Of a stretch of DNA of 40,871 bases, positions 1 to 9,037 are shown in pieces (positions within the stretch are counted from its first letter, which is position 1; each line of letters begins with the position of its first letter). The DNA comes from a virus. The notes beneath the pieces are model-generated. The model made no database searches. It saw nothing but the letters and a program-made list of their open reading frames with translations, and was not told the origin of the DNA. The DNA is taken from the IMG/VR virus record IMGVR_UViG_3300045988_025559; one strand, given 5' to 3'. A program made the position numbers and the translations under genes.

Positions 1-79
1 AGCGCTGGCCGGAGATGGCGGCGAAGATCCAGAAGCGGCTGCTGGGCGAGGGCAAGATCACAAAGGCAATGATTGAGAG
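1..79. repeat. Terminal overlap: exact copy of 40793-40871 (circular or circularly permuted molecule written as a linear contig)
   Basis: The first and last 79 nt are identical (agcgctggccggagatggcggcgaag...caatgattgagag). The ORF frame is continuous across the join. Confidence 0.95.
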
Positions 80-3000
80 CTATGTGGATGCCTACGCCGG
101 GATCTACGGCGACGACACGGACGCCTACGTCGAGGAGATCGTCGCGGACACCTACGCCGGCATGAACCGAACGGACTACGGCACGAACCAGCTGCGCGCG
201 GACGTGAAGATGGAGGTCGGCCAGTGGCAGAAAAAATCCGGCAGCGCGAGAGCGCCGCCGGCGAAATACAGTATGGTCGGGCGTGGAGAAAACGGACTGA
301 AAACGTATAAGAGCGATTTCGGCAGCGATATGACGGTGGAAGAAAAGAAGACCTATATGTATCGCCTGATTACGGATGTATGGGCAAAGAAGCCGCTACA
401 GCTGACCATTTTGCAGGATGGCAAGGAGCGGCAGATCACGGCCAGATTCGACGGGGAAGCGAACGGGGAGAGGTTTGCCGGGAAAATGGCATATGGAAAC
501 CGGCGCGGGAACAGAACGGAGCGCCTGATTACGCTGAACCTTGCAAATGATATCTGGGAAATTGCGAATGAATCCAGATATGAAAACAGCAAAGGCGAGT
601 TCAAACAGACACGGATGCACGAGAGTTCGGAGCGCTGGCATTACTTCGTAAATGCAATCAACTATGTCGATGATGCACAGCCGGGTCGGAACGGCGTTTA
701 CGACTTCAACCTGGACGTCATGGAACGGGATGATGGTGATTTCGTCTATACCTTCTCACTCAAAAAAAGAAGAACCGACGCCCCCCGGACTTTCACTGCC
801 GGGGTTGACGGCAAAAACGCCGCCGACGCAGATTCTTCTAAGAACAGTATATCCAAAACGGGAGAAACTGTCAAGGGGAAATTCTCTGCAAGCGCGCGGC
901 AGGCATCGGAGCGGGATAAACAGAACCTTGAGACCGTCTCTGCGATGCTGGACGATGGGAGCGGGCGCGGTGTGTTTAAGGACGCCGTTTTCCTGCGGAA
1001 TCCGAGGCTCATGCAGAAACTGATTGATGAGCGGGAGAAGACGAAGACGGCAGCGTTCCGGGATTGGTTCGCAGACAGCAAGGCAACGAACACGACAGGC
1101 GAGCCACTGCTGGTGTTCCACGGTGCCGGAGCGAAATTTACAAAGTTTGATGTAGGCGGGAAACCGATCTGGCTGACTGCAAACATCAAGTACGCGGAAG
1201 AATACTCCACTGCGACGCGCAGCGTTGAGCGAATTCTGCCGGAGGCATCGATCTACGCAGGGAACGTCGATCGTATTATCCCGGCATATATTCGCGTGGA
1301 GAATCCGGCGCATGTTGGAAACACTGACGGCGGATACAGCGGGAATTATGTGGATCTTGCGAAGCGGCTACAGATCAGACCTAGCGAACTGCAAGCCGTA
1401 TGGGAACAGGCGGGGAAGCCGGAGCTCATGTGGCAGGTGATCAATACGCCGGGGATGGTAGAGATGCTGAAACGGCATGGATACGACGGGGTTCAGGCGG
1501 TTGAGAACGGCGTGAAGGCATGGGCTGTGTTTGATTCTGCGCAAGTGAAGTCCGCGGTTGCAAACAACGGAAGTTTCAGCCTAACGAACCCGGATATCCG
1601 GTATTCTTCGCAGGACGGGCGGTATCGGGATCTGATGGGGGAGAAGGCGGCGCAGTATGTGCGGCGGCTGGAGTCCGGACTGGTGAACGAGCTGGCGGAG
1701 AATCTAAGCGTGCCGGGGCAGGCGAAGCGGGAGGTTTTGCGGCCGATGGCCGAGGAGGCGCTGCGGTCGTTCTTTACGGACGGGCAGCTTGACCGGGCGA
1801 AGCTGAACGACCTCTTTGAAACGGCCTACAAGGCGGGCGTGGAGGAGGATCAGCAGTATATCGAGCAGTACGGGGACCTGAAAAAATTCATCAGGGATCA
1901 GAAGATCTCGATCTCCGAGACGGACCGGCAGGACATTGCGGACTACAACCTGTTCCGGAAGGCAGCAATGGGAACGCTGACGATCAGCAAGGACGGCTTG
2001 CCGGTGGACGTGGCGTATCAGCAGCTGCAGGAGATGGCGCCGGAGCTGTTCCCGGCAGACATTACCGCGCCGAGCGACCAGCTGATGCAGATCTACGATG
2101 TGGCGCGCGGCATTCAGAAGGTACAGAAGACGCTGGATGAATACTACGGGGCGCAGGCGGCGAGCTTCAAGAAGTGGCAGCAGGCGAATTTCACGGAATC
2201 CATTGACCGGCTGACGAGCGGGCTGCGCGTGGCGCAGCGGTATCTGGACGCGCAGAACAAGGCCAAAGAAAAGCTTGCTATTCCGCAGACAGCGGAAGAA
2301 ACGAAGCAGATGTGGGCGCAGCTGAAGGACGCAAGGCGAGTGGTCGAGAAAGCGCAGAGCAAGACGCTGCTGACGGAAGCCGACCAGAAGATCGTGAACC
2401 GGCTGCTGCGCGGGGAGACAAGCCCAGATTATGTGGCAGGGCTGGAAAACGGGCAGCAGATCCTGAAGGTCTACGAGGCAAAGGCTGACTATGATATGCT
2501 GGCGCTGAAGCTCAAGGCATGGAACGCGCAGCGCAAGCAGGGGCTGCGGGACTTTGCCGAGAAGGCGCTGACGGAAGCAGAGGCCGTCAAGTGGGTCGAC
2601 AAGGTTATGGGGATCCAGTACCAGCGCGAGACGATGGAGCGAAACATCCGGGATATCGCGCGGAAGGGAAAGGTCTCTGACGAAAAGGCCAATGCTTTTA
2701 TCAACAAGTATTTCTGGCCCGTCCATGAGAACGAGAGCAAACGCAAGAATTACCTCGTGCAGCAGCAGAATAGGATCAAGGAGCTGAAGCTCGACCGGCA
2801 GGTACGGAAGGGAAATCTGGTATCCGAGAGCTATGCGGTGCAGTGGCTGGGCGAGGCGGAATTCAACCGGGACTATCTCAAACAGCACCCGCGTGTCGAA
2901 AGGCGCGGGGGGATGACGTTTGACGAGTGGAACGCGGCCATTCAGGAATTCGAGAAGCAGAACCCGAATCTGGATCTCGGCAAGGTGCGGGCAGCCGTGA

Positions 3001-5237
3001 AGGTTTTCCATGAGGTCTACGACAAGCTGTTCCAGGATATGAACCGGGTGCGCATTGAGAACGGCTATGAGCCGGTCAATTATCTGCAGGGATATTTCCC
3101 ACACTTCCAGGAGAACGAGGAAGGCGGCAGCATTCTGCAGAAGTTCGCAAGGGCGGCCGGGATCGAGGGCGATGTGTCGCCGCTGCCTGCGACGATCAAC
3201 GGCCTCACGGCAAACTTCAAACCCGGCATCCGGTACATGGCGAACATCCAGAACCGACTTGGCTACGCGACGGCGTATGACGCGCTGCAGGGCTTTGACC
3301 GGTACATTGAGGTCACGACAGACGTGATCTTCCACACGGCGGACATTCAGCGGCTGCGGGCGCTGGCAACGCAGATCCGGTATCGGGCGTCGGACGAGGG
3401 CCTGAAACAGCGGATCGACGCGATCATGATGAACCCGTTCCTCAACCCGGACGAGGCCAACGAGCAGGTGACGAACCTGACGAAGGAAGGACGGTATGGG
3501 CTTTCGAACTTTGTGGATGAGCTGGACGAATACACGAACCTTCTGGCGGGAAAGAAGTCGCGGCTCGACCGGGGCATGGAGAAGACGTTTGGGAGACGAT
3601 TCTACAACGTTATGAAGAAATTCGAGTCCCGCGTGGGCGCGAACATGGTCGCGGCCAACGTGGGTTCGGCGCTCACAAACTTCATTCCGATCACGCAGGC
3701 ATGGAGCCAGGTGTCGACGGAGGACGTGCTGCGCGGCATGTGGGATACGCTGAAAAACTACAAGACCGCTGACGGGCTGGATTCTGCGTCGACGTTCATC
3801 AACAACCGAAGCGGTTACAGGCGGCTGGCCATGAGCACGATGGGTAAAGTCTCCGCCGGTGCAGGATGGATGATGGAATCCATCGACACGTTCACGACGG
3901 GGAGTGTCGTCCGTGCGCGGTATTACCAGAATCTGCGGCGGGGCATGAGCGAGACGAGCGCGATGCAGGAAGCGGATCAGTTTGCCTCCGGCGTCATGGC
4001 AGACCGCAGCAAAGGCTCGACGCCGACGCTATACTCTGCGCGGAACCCGCTGGTAAAGCTGTTCACGCAGTTTCAGTTGGAAGTCAACAACGAACTGAGC
4101 TGGATCTTCAAGGATATGGCGCGGGAGGAGCGGAAGAAGGGCGTGGCGGCGCTGGCGAAGGCCATGTTCAAATTCCTCATCGGCGCGTGGATCTACAATG
4201 AATTCTATGAGAGCATTGTGGGCAGGCGTGCGGCGCTGGATCCGCTGGATATCATCAATGATACGGTCGGAGATTTCACGGGGTATCAGCTGCCGAACAC
4301 GGTACAGGCGGCAGCATCCGGGAAATGGGACTTCACGAAGGAGAAGCCGGGCACGTATCAGGCGATCAAGAACCTTGAGGGGAACATCATTTCTGAGTTC
4401 CCGGGCACGCAGGCGTTGACGATCCTAGGCGTGGATGAGGCGCTGGGGTTGGACATTGACAGCGGCAGGATCGCCGTGACGTCGGCCATCCCGAACCTCG
4501 GAAACATCGAGAAGGCGCTGCTGGCAAAGAACGAGGACATGGCGCCTGCGAAGAAGGCACAGACCATCGGAAACGAGCTTCTGAAGCCGGGCCTGTATCT
4601 GGCGACGCCGTTCGGCGGCGGGCAGATCCGCAAGTCGTATCAGGGCGCGACGGCGGCGGCTCGCGGCGGCAGCTACACAGTGGACAACGAGGGGCGCGAT
4701 ATCTTACAGTATCCCGTGTATAACGACAATCCCGCAGACCGGGCGAAGAGCTGGGCACAGGCGCTGCTGTTCGGCAAGACGGCGACGGAAGAGGCGCAGA
4801 GCTGGGTGGAGAGCGGGTTCAAGTCGCTGTCCGCGAAGGAGACCGCCGCCTATCAGGGCATGACCGAGGGCGGAACCGACCAGAGAGAAAGCTACGCATT
4901 CGTGACCGCCATGAAGAGGGTCGACGACAAGAATGCAAAGCTCACCATGCTGTACGCCTACGACATCCCACAGAACGCGAAGACGGCATATTATTATTCA
5001 GTCATGGCGTCTGACGAGGAGCAGGCGAAGATGGACGCGCTGGCAGCGGACGGCGTCGGCTATGACGCCTACATGCAGTACAAGCAGACGTACTTCAAGC
5101 AGTTCGGAACGCAGACAGTTTCGCAGGAACGGATCCAGACCGTGCTGGATGGGCTGAACCTGACAAAGGCGCAGAAGGCCGCGCTCTGGGCGGCCATGGG
5201 GACGAGCTGGAAAGAAGAAAACAATCCGTACAAGTAA
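1..5237 (+). CDS. 3' continuation of the giant virion polyvalent protein (joins 37675..40792). Contains an ART-PolyVal-like domain, a long helical region and a C-terminal hydrophobic/ejection-like region.
   Basis: The frame is open from base 1 (track ORF 15..5237 only starts at the first ATG). Position 15 corresponds to 40807, which is in frame with ATG 37675. Stop TAA at 5235-5237 is followed by a terminator. Confidence 0.85.
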   Translation, partial: RWPEMAAKIQKRLLGEGKITKAMIESYVDAYAGIYGDDTDAYVEEIVADTYAGMNRTDYGTNQLRADVKMEVGQWQKKSGSARAPPAKYSMVGRGENGLKTYKSDFGSDMTVEEKKTYMYRLITDVWAKKPLQLTILQDGKERQITARFDGEANGERFAGKMAYGNRRGNRTERLITLNLANDIWEIANESRYENSKGEFKQTRMHESSERWHYFVNAINYVDDAQPGRNGVYDFNLDVMERDDGDFVYTFSLKKRRTDAPRTFTAGVDGKNAADADSSKNSISKTGETVKGKFSASARQASERDKQNLETVSAMLDDGSGRGVFKDAVFLRNPRLMQKLIDEREKTKTAAFRDWFADSKATNTTGEPLLVFHGAGAKFTKFDVGGKPIWLTANIKYAEEYSTATRSVERILPEASIYAGNVDRIIPAYIRVENPAHVGNTDGGYSGNYVDLAKRLQIRPSELQAVWEQAGKPELMWQVINTPGMVEMLKRHGYDGVQAVENGVKAWAVFDSAQVKSAVANNGSFSLTNPDIRYSSQDGRYRDLMGEKAAQYVRRLESGLVNELAENLSVPGQAKREVLRPMAEEALRSFFTDGQLDRAKLNDLFETAYKAGVEEDQQYIEQYGDLKKFIRDQKISISETDRQDIADYNLFRKAAMGTLTISKDGLPVDVAYQQLQEMAPELFPADITAPSDQLMQIYDVARGIQKVQKTLDEYYGAQAASFKKWQQANFTESIDRLTSGLRVAQRYLDAQNKAKEKLAIPQTAEETKQMWAQLKDARRVVEKAQSKTLLTEADQKIVNRLLRGETSPDYVAGLENGQQILKVYEAKADYDMLALKLKAWNAQRKQGLRDFAEKALTEAEAVKWVDKVMGIQYQRETMERNIRDIARKGKVSDEKANAFINKYFWPVHENESKRKNYLVQQQNRIKELKLDRQVRKGNLVSESYAVQWLGEAEFNRDYLKQHPRVERRGGMTFDEWNAAIQEFEKQNPNLDLGKVRAAVKVFHEVYDKLFQDMNRVRIENGYEPVNYLQGYFPHFQENEEGGSILQKFARAAGIEGDVSPLPATINGLTANFKPGIRYMANIQNRLGYATAYDALQGFDRYIEVTTDVIFHTADIQRLRALATQIRYRASDEGLKQRIDAIMMNPFLNPDEANEQVTNLTKEGRYGLSNFVDELDEYTNLLAGKKSRLDRGMEKTFGRRFYNVMKKFESRVGANMVAANVGSALTNFIPITQAWSQVSTEDVLRGMWDTLKNYKTADGLDSASTFINNRSGYRRLAMSTMGKVSAGAGWMMESIDTFTTGSVVRARYYQNLRRGMSETSAMQEADQFASGVMADRSKGSTPTLYSARNPLVKLFTQFQLEVNNELSWIFKDMAREERKKGVAALAKAMFKFLIGAWIYNEFYESIVGRRAALDPLDIINDTVGDFTGYQLPNTVQAAASGKWDFTKEKPGTYQAIKNLEGNIISEFPGTQALTILGVDEALGLDIDSGRIAVTSAIPNLGNIEKALLAKNEDMAPAKKAQTIGNELLKPGLYLATPFGGGQIRKSYQGATAAARGGSYTVDNEGRDILQYPVYNDNPADRAKSWAQALLFGKTATEEAQSWVESGFKSLSAKETAAYQGMTEGGTDQRESYAFVTAMKRVDDKNAKLTMLYAYDIPQNAKTAYYYSVMASDEEQAKMDALAADGVGYDAYMQYKQTYFKQFGTQTVSQERIQTVLDGLNLTKAQKAALWAAMGTSWKEENNPYK
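1060..1600 (+). other. ART-PolyVal-like (ADP-ribosyltransferase-fold) domain inside the giant ORF
   Basis: Peptide FRDWFADSKATNTTGEPLLVFHGAGAKFTKFD...IWLTANIKYAEEY...HGYDGVQAVENG..WAVFDSAQVKSAVANNGSFSLTNPDIRYS. It matches my memory of the FxxWFGDSKVVDxxGxPLVVYHGT ... YDG ... VF.P.QIKSA ... NPDIRFS pattern of polyvalent-protein ART domains. Confidence 0.6.
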
Positions 5238-5241
5238 CCGC

Positions 5242-5273
5242 AGGCCGGGGCATTTGCCCCGGCCTTTGCTTTG
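5242..5273 (+). terminator. Rho-independent terminator after the giant ORF
   Basis: Stem aggccgggg / ccccggcct (9 bp) with loop catttg, followed by ttgctttg. Confidence 0.7.
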
Positions 5274-5333
5274 CGGCGTGGGGTGAATCCGGCGCGGGGG
5301 TCTGCTACACTGGATGAAAAGGAGGGATGCGGT

Positions 5334-5684
5334 ATGGCGACGCCAATTCCGGGGGCTTATCCGAGCCCGAGGATCGACAAAGGGGTGCTGCGGTGGTACG
5401 AAGGGGACACGTTCTCGATCGTGCTGCGGTTCGACCTGAAGGACCAGGACGGCGAGGCCGTCACGATCGGGACGACGGACAGCATGGCGGTCGTGTTTCT
5501 GGACGATACGCGGCAGACCGTCCACACGTTCAGCTTTGCGAAGGTGGAGAATGACCAGGTCACGCTGAACTTCGACGCGACGGTCACGGCAAAATTCACG
5601 AAGGGAAAGTACACCTACGATATCCGGTACACGCACGGGGACAAGACGACGCTGGCAAGCGGGAACCGGGCATTCGTGGAGTAA
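5334..5684 (+). CDS. Small beta-rich virion protein (putative fibre/baseplate-associated), function unknown
   Basis: AAAGGAGGG sits 7 nt upstream of ATG 5334, in frame with track ORF 5271..5684. The 116-aa product lies directly upstream of the fibre genes. Confidence 0.6.
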   Translation: MATPIPGAYPSPRIDKGVLRWYEGDTFSIVLRFDLKDQDGEAVTIGTTDSMAVVFLDDTRQTVHTFSFAKVENDQVTLNFDATVTAKFTKGKYTYDIRYTHGDKTTLASGNRAFVE

Positions 5685-5693
5685 GGAGCAGGT

Positions 5694-7127
5694 ATGAGGG
5701 TAGAGATTCCGAATCAGATCATGGTGACGATCGGAGGGCTGATCTCCCGCGGGGTAAAGGCCGTGGAGGTTACGGACGCGGGGAAGCTGATTTTCACGCT
5801 GACAGACGGCAGCACGATCGATCTTGGCTCGGTCATGGGCCAGCAGGGGCCGAAGGGCGAGACGGGACCGGCGGGGCCGCAGGGGCAGACCGGACCTGCC
5901 GGCGCACAGGGCGAGACCGGCGCGGCAGGCGCGAGCATCACGTCGATCACGAAGAAATCGCAGAGCGGGACGACGGCGACGTACACGATCGCACTTTCGG
6001 ACGGGAAGACATTTGACTTCAACGTCGAGACCGTCAAGGGTGAGAAGGGCGACAAAGGAGACAAGGGGGAAACCGGCGCAACCGGCCCGAAGGGCGAGAC
6101 CGGCGAGCGGGGACCGCAGGGCGAGACCGGCCCCAAGGGTGACCCCGGCGAAAAGGGCGAAACAGGCGCGACCGGCGCGACCGGCCCGAAGGGAGACCCG
6201 GGCCAGACCGGCCCGCAGGGTGAGACCGGCCAGACTGGCCCGGCAGGTCCGCAGGGGCAGAAGGGAGACACTGGCTCCGGATTTGTGGTCAAGGGATATT
6301 ACGGCTCGGTCTCCGCGCTGCAGGCGTCGGTCAAGAATCCGGAGGTAGGAGACGCCTACGGCGTGGGCGCGGCTGCACCTTATGACATTTACATCTACGA
6401 CGGCGTGACGAATGCGTGGGTCAACAACGGACCGCTGCAGGGCGCAAAGGGCGACAAGGGAGATCCGGGCGAACAGGGGCCGAAGGGCGAACCGGGCGAG
6501 ACTGGACCGCAAGGACCTACGGGTCCGCAGGGTGAGACGGGGCCTCAGGGGCCAACGGGTCCGGCCGGAGACAACGGCGCGCCAGGCGCAAATGGCGTGA
6601 CGCCGACGATCGGCACAAATGGCAACTGGTATCTGGGCGAGAACGACACCGGGAAGCCGTCGCGCGGCGAGAAAGGCGATAAGGGCGACAAGGGACCGCA
6701 GGGAGAGCAAGGCGAGACGGGCGGGACCGGCGCGGCCGGAACGACATTCACGCCGTCGGTCGCTGCGGACGGGACGCTCAGCTGGACGAACGACGGCGGG
6801 AAAACGAACCCGGACAGCGTCAACATCAAAGGCCCGCAGGGCAATCCGGGCGAAAAGGGCAACCCAGGAGAGACCGGCGCAAAGGGCGCAGACGGCGTCA
6901 CGCCGACGATCGGCACGAACGGCAACTGGTATCTGGGAGATACCGACACCGGGAAGCCATCGCGCGGAGAGAAGGGCGACAAGGGCGACAAGGGCGATCC
7001 CGGCGCGCAGGGGCCTGCGGGCGCAACGCCCGTCAAGGGGACGGATTACTTTACGGCGGCGGATAAGGCCGCGCTGGTGCAGGACGTGCTTGCCGCGCTG
7101 CCAGAATGGACAGGAGGAAACTACTGA
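5694..7127 (+). CDS. Collagen-like (Gly-X-Y repeat) tail fibre protein
   Basis: AAGGAG RBS. Several long GXY runs (GPKGETGPAGPQGQTGPAGAQGETG...). Two copies of the module GVTPTIGTNGNWYLG.TDTGKPSRGEKGDKGDKG. Confidence 0.9.
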   Translation: MRVEIPNQIMVTIGGLISRGVKAVEVTDAGKLIFTLTDGSTIDLGSVMGQQGPKGETGPAGPQGQTGPAGAQGETGAAGASITSITKKSQSGTTATYTIALSDGKTFDFNVETVKGEKGDKGDKGETGATGPKGETGERGPQGETGPKGDPGEKGETGATGATGPKGDPGQTGPQGETGQTGPAGPQGQKGDTGSGFVVKGYYGSVSALQASVKNPEVGDAYGVGAAAPYDIYIYDGVTNAWVNNGPLQGAKGDKGDPGEQGPKGEPGETGPQGPTGPQGETGPQGPTGPAGDNGAPGANGVTPTIGTNGNWYLGENDTGKPSRGEKGDKGDKGPQGEQGETGGTGAAGTTFTPSVAADGTLSWTNDGGKTNPDSVNIKGPQGNPGEKGNPGETGAKGADGVTPTIGTNGNWYLGDTDTGKPSRGEKGDKGDKGDPGAQGPAGATPVKGTDYFTAADKAALVQDVLAALPEWTGGNY

Positions 7128-8122
7128 TGGCATTGGATAAAGCAGTAGATTCCGCGCAGCTGAACGCCGACCTGACGGCGGTTGCGGACGCCATCCGCAC
7201 GAAGGGCGGCACGTCCGCACAGCTTGCGTTCCCGGACGGGTTCGTGAGCGCGGTGCAGGCCATCGAGGGCGCGCCCGACTTGCAGATCGTCGTCACGACC
7301 AGCGCGGGTGCGACCGTCACGGCCACGAAGGGGAGCAAGACGGCTTCCGGGACGGCAGATGCGAGTGGAAACTGCACGTTGATAGTCGATGAGGTTGGAA
7401 CATGGACGGTAACAGCAGCGACAGCAAGCACAACAAAGACGGCAGATGTTGTGGTTGGGACAGCTAATGTCGATTTGGCCATGATCGACCCCGTGTTCGG
7501 AAATAACAGCTGGGCTGCAATTATTAAGGCCTGTCAAGAGAAACAAGTTCCCAACACATGGAACGTCGGCGACAGCTGCAACATGACGATCAACAACAAG
7601 ACCTACGCGATCGACATCATCGGCAAGAACCACGACGATTATGCCGACGGCTCGGGCAAGGCTCCGCTGACATTCCAGATGCACACGACCTACGCGACGC
7701 AGTATAAGATGAACGGCGCAGAGGATAACAGCTGCGGCTGGAAGAACTGCCTGGTGCGGACGTCCAATGCGTTCCCGGCGCTGAAGAAGGTGATGCCGGC
7801 GGAGGTCGTGGCCGCGTTAAAGGCCGTGACAAAGAAGACCACGGCAGGCGGCGCGAGCTCGGCCATCGACACGACGGAGGACACGCTGTTCCTGCTGTCG
7901 GAGATCGAGGTCCAGGGCACGCGGACATACTCCTATGCGGGCGAGGGCACGCAGTACGAGTATTACAAGACGGCGGCCAACCGGAAGAAAAACCGTGCAT
8001 GGTATTTGCGCTCGCCGAGACTCAACAGCACTACCTGCTTTGACAGAACGGGATGGAACGGTGAGGCGGACTGGAGCGTCGCGTCCGAGGTGGACGGTAT
8101 CGCGGCGGCATGGTGTTTCTAA
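7127..8122 (+). CDS. Receptor-binding tail fibre/spike protein
   Basis: AGGAGGA RBS, and ATG 7127 overlaps the TGA of the collagen gene. The N-terminus LNADLTAVADAIRTKGGTSAQLAFPDGFVSAVQAI is typical of Firmicute phage fibre proteins. The C-terminal WYLRSP-containing domain resembles surface-binding domains. Confidence 0.75.
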   Translation: MALDKAVDSAQLNADLTAVADAIRTKGGTSAQLAFPDGFVSAVQAIEGAPDLQIVVTTSAGATVTATKGSKTASGTADASGNCTLIVDEVGTWTVTAATASTTKTADVVVGTANVDLAMIDPVFGNNSWAAIIKACQEKQVPNTWNVGDSCNMTINNKTYAIDIIGKNHDDYADGSGKAPLTFQMHTTYATQYKMNGAEDNSCGWKNCLVRTSNAFPALKKVMPAEVVAALKAVTKKTTAGGASSAIDTTEDTLFLLSEIEVQGTRTYSYAGEGTQYEYYKTAANRKKNRAWYLRSPRLNSTTCFDRTGWNGEADWSVASEVDGIAAAWCF

Positions 8123-8185
8123 TCATGTAGATATGATCTTTAAGGTCATTCTGATAAACAAGCCGACGAGCGTTAAGGAGCTTCT

Positions 8186-8437
8186 ATGAGTATGATTATT
8201 GACACCCTCATCACCGACCGAACTGCAGCGGACGTCGCACGCGTGCACGAGTTGGCCGTGAAGGGCTACGCGGGCATGACGGCGGCGGAGCTGGCGGAGT
8301 GACTGGCGGGGATGAAGGGCGCATACAACGCCGTTGACCTCAACCGCGTCGGGACGGCGCTGAACTACCTCCGCGACCGCCTGACCGGCGTCTGCGGCAG
8401 GGATATCACGTGGCAGGCGAAGACAGAAAAGAGGTAA
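8186..8437 (+). pseudogene. Decayed tail-fibre N-terminal fragment with an in-frame TGA (8300-8302)
   Basis: AAGGAG RBS and ATG 8186. It translates as MSMIIDTLITDRTAADVARVHELAVKGYAGMTAAELAE*LAGMKGAYNAVDLNRVGTALNYLRDRLTGVCGRDITWQAKTEKR*. The TGA sits where related fibre proteins, as I recall them, have Trp (..AEW..GMKGAYN..DLNRV). The ORF is cut short at the RBS of the next gene. Confidence 0.55.
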
Positions 8438-8441
8438 AAAC

Positions 8442-8777
8442 ATGGATGCTGGAACCATCACGATCATCTGCGCCGTCCTCGGCTCGTCCGCGCTGACGAC
8501 GGTCATTCAGGCCATCGTCGGCACAGCGCAGAAGAAGAAAACACAGGTAGACTCCCAGGGCGACCATCTCGCCGAGATCGACAAAAAGCTCGGGAAAATG
8601 CAGGAGCATCAGGACGAGCAGTATCTGGCGATCCTCCGGCTGACCATCATGTCGGAGGAAATGCCAATGGCCGAGCGTCTGATCGCCGGGCAGAAATACG
8701 TCAAGCTGGGCGGCAACGGCGATGTAAAAAAGTTTTTGCACCAGCTAGAGAAGCAGTGTGAGCACAATGGAGTTTAG
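8442..8777 (+). CDS. Membrane-anchored coiled-coil protein of the lysis cassette (holin/antiholin-associated?)
   Basis: AAGAGG RBS, N-terminal TM helix (ITIICAVLGSSALTTVIQAIVG), position upstream of the holin and endolysin. Confidence 0.6.
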   Translation: MDAGTITIICAVLGSSALTTVIQAIVGTAQKKKTQVDSQGDHLAEIDKKLGKMQEHQDEQYLAILRLTIMSEEMPMAERLIAGQKYVKLGGNGDVKKFLHQLEKQCEHNGV

Positions 8778-9024
8778 CAAGAAGTGGCTGATCTGCAGCG
8801 CGCTCGTCAGCCTCGCACTCATTATCGCCTGCGCGGCAGGCGCAGACCTGACGGAGATCACGCTTGCGGTGCTGGCTGAAACAACAGCTTCCAGCGGGTT
8901 TTATCTCTGGAAGGCAAAAAACGAGAACCGCGCGAAGTACGCGCAGAAGTACATGGATAAATGGGCTGAAAAATACGGCCCGGAAGCGGCAGCACGCATC
9001 GCAGAGATCGTGCTGAAAGATTGA
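8758..9024 (+). CDS. Two-TM small membrane protein, putative holin
   Basis: Two hydrophobic segments (WLICSALVSLALIIACAAG; ITLAVLAETTASSGFYLW) and a charged C-terminus. The start is ambiguous (GTG 8758 or ATG 8767). Confidence 0.55.
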   Translation: MSTMEFSKKWLICSALVSLALIIACAAGADLTEITLAVLAETTASSGFYLWKAKNENRAKYAQKYMDKWAEKYGPEAAARIAEIVLKD

Positions 9025-9037
9025 AAGGAGCATACAT

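Noticed and set aside
1704-3335. Long antisense ORFs opposite real genes: 1704..3335, 4998..7220, 24223..25119, 25881..27365, 27217..28965, 31955..32956 and 34660..35913, all on the minus strand.
   Set aside because: Their Arg/Leu/Pro/His-rich, low-complexity translations are typical of the antisense frame of GC-rich coding DNA. They have no RBSs. The sense-strand ORFs have recognisable families (terminase, portal, capsid and others) and strong RBSs.
5714-7036. Alternate-frame and antisense ORFs inside the collagen-like gene (for example 5714..6292 -, 5824..6348 +, 6545..7036 -, 6619..7140 +).
   Set aside because: They are by-products of the GGN-rich GXY repeat, which lacks stops in several frames. 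Their translations are poly-Arg or poly-Pro/Ser.
5694-8122. Diversity-generating retroelement targeting the fibre genes.
   Set aside because: There is no reverse-transcriptase ORF anywhere in the genome. The only repeats in the fibre genes are in-frame tandem duplications, not a template/variable pair with adenine-specific differences.
8300-8302. Genome-wide TGA-to-Trp stop-codon recoding.
   Set aside because: Several well-supported genes end at TGA with the next gene's RBS and start immediately after (7125-7127, 12221-12223, 21222-24, 25930-32). TGA therefore functions as a stop in this genome.
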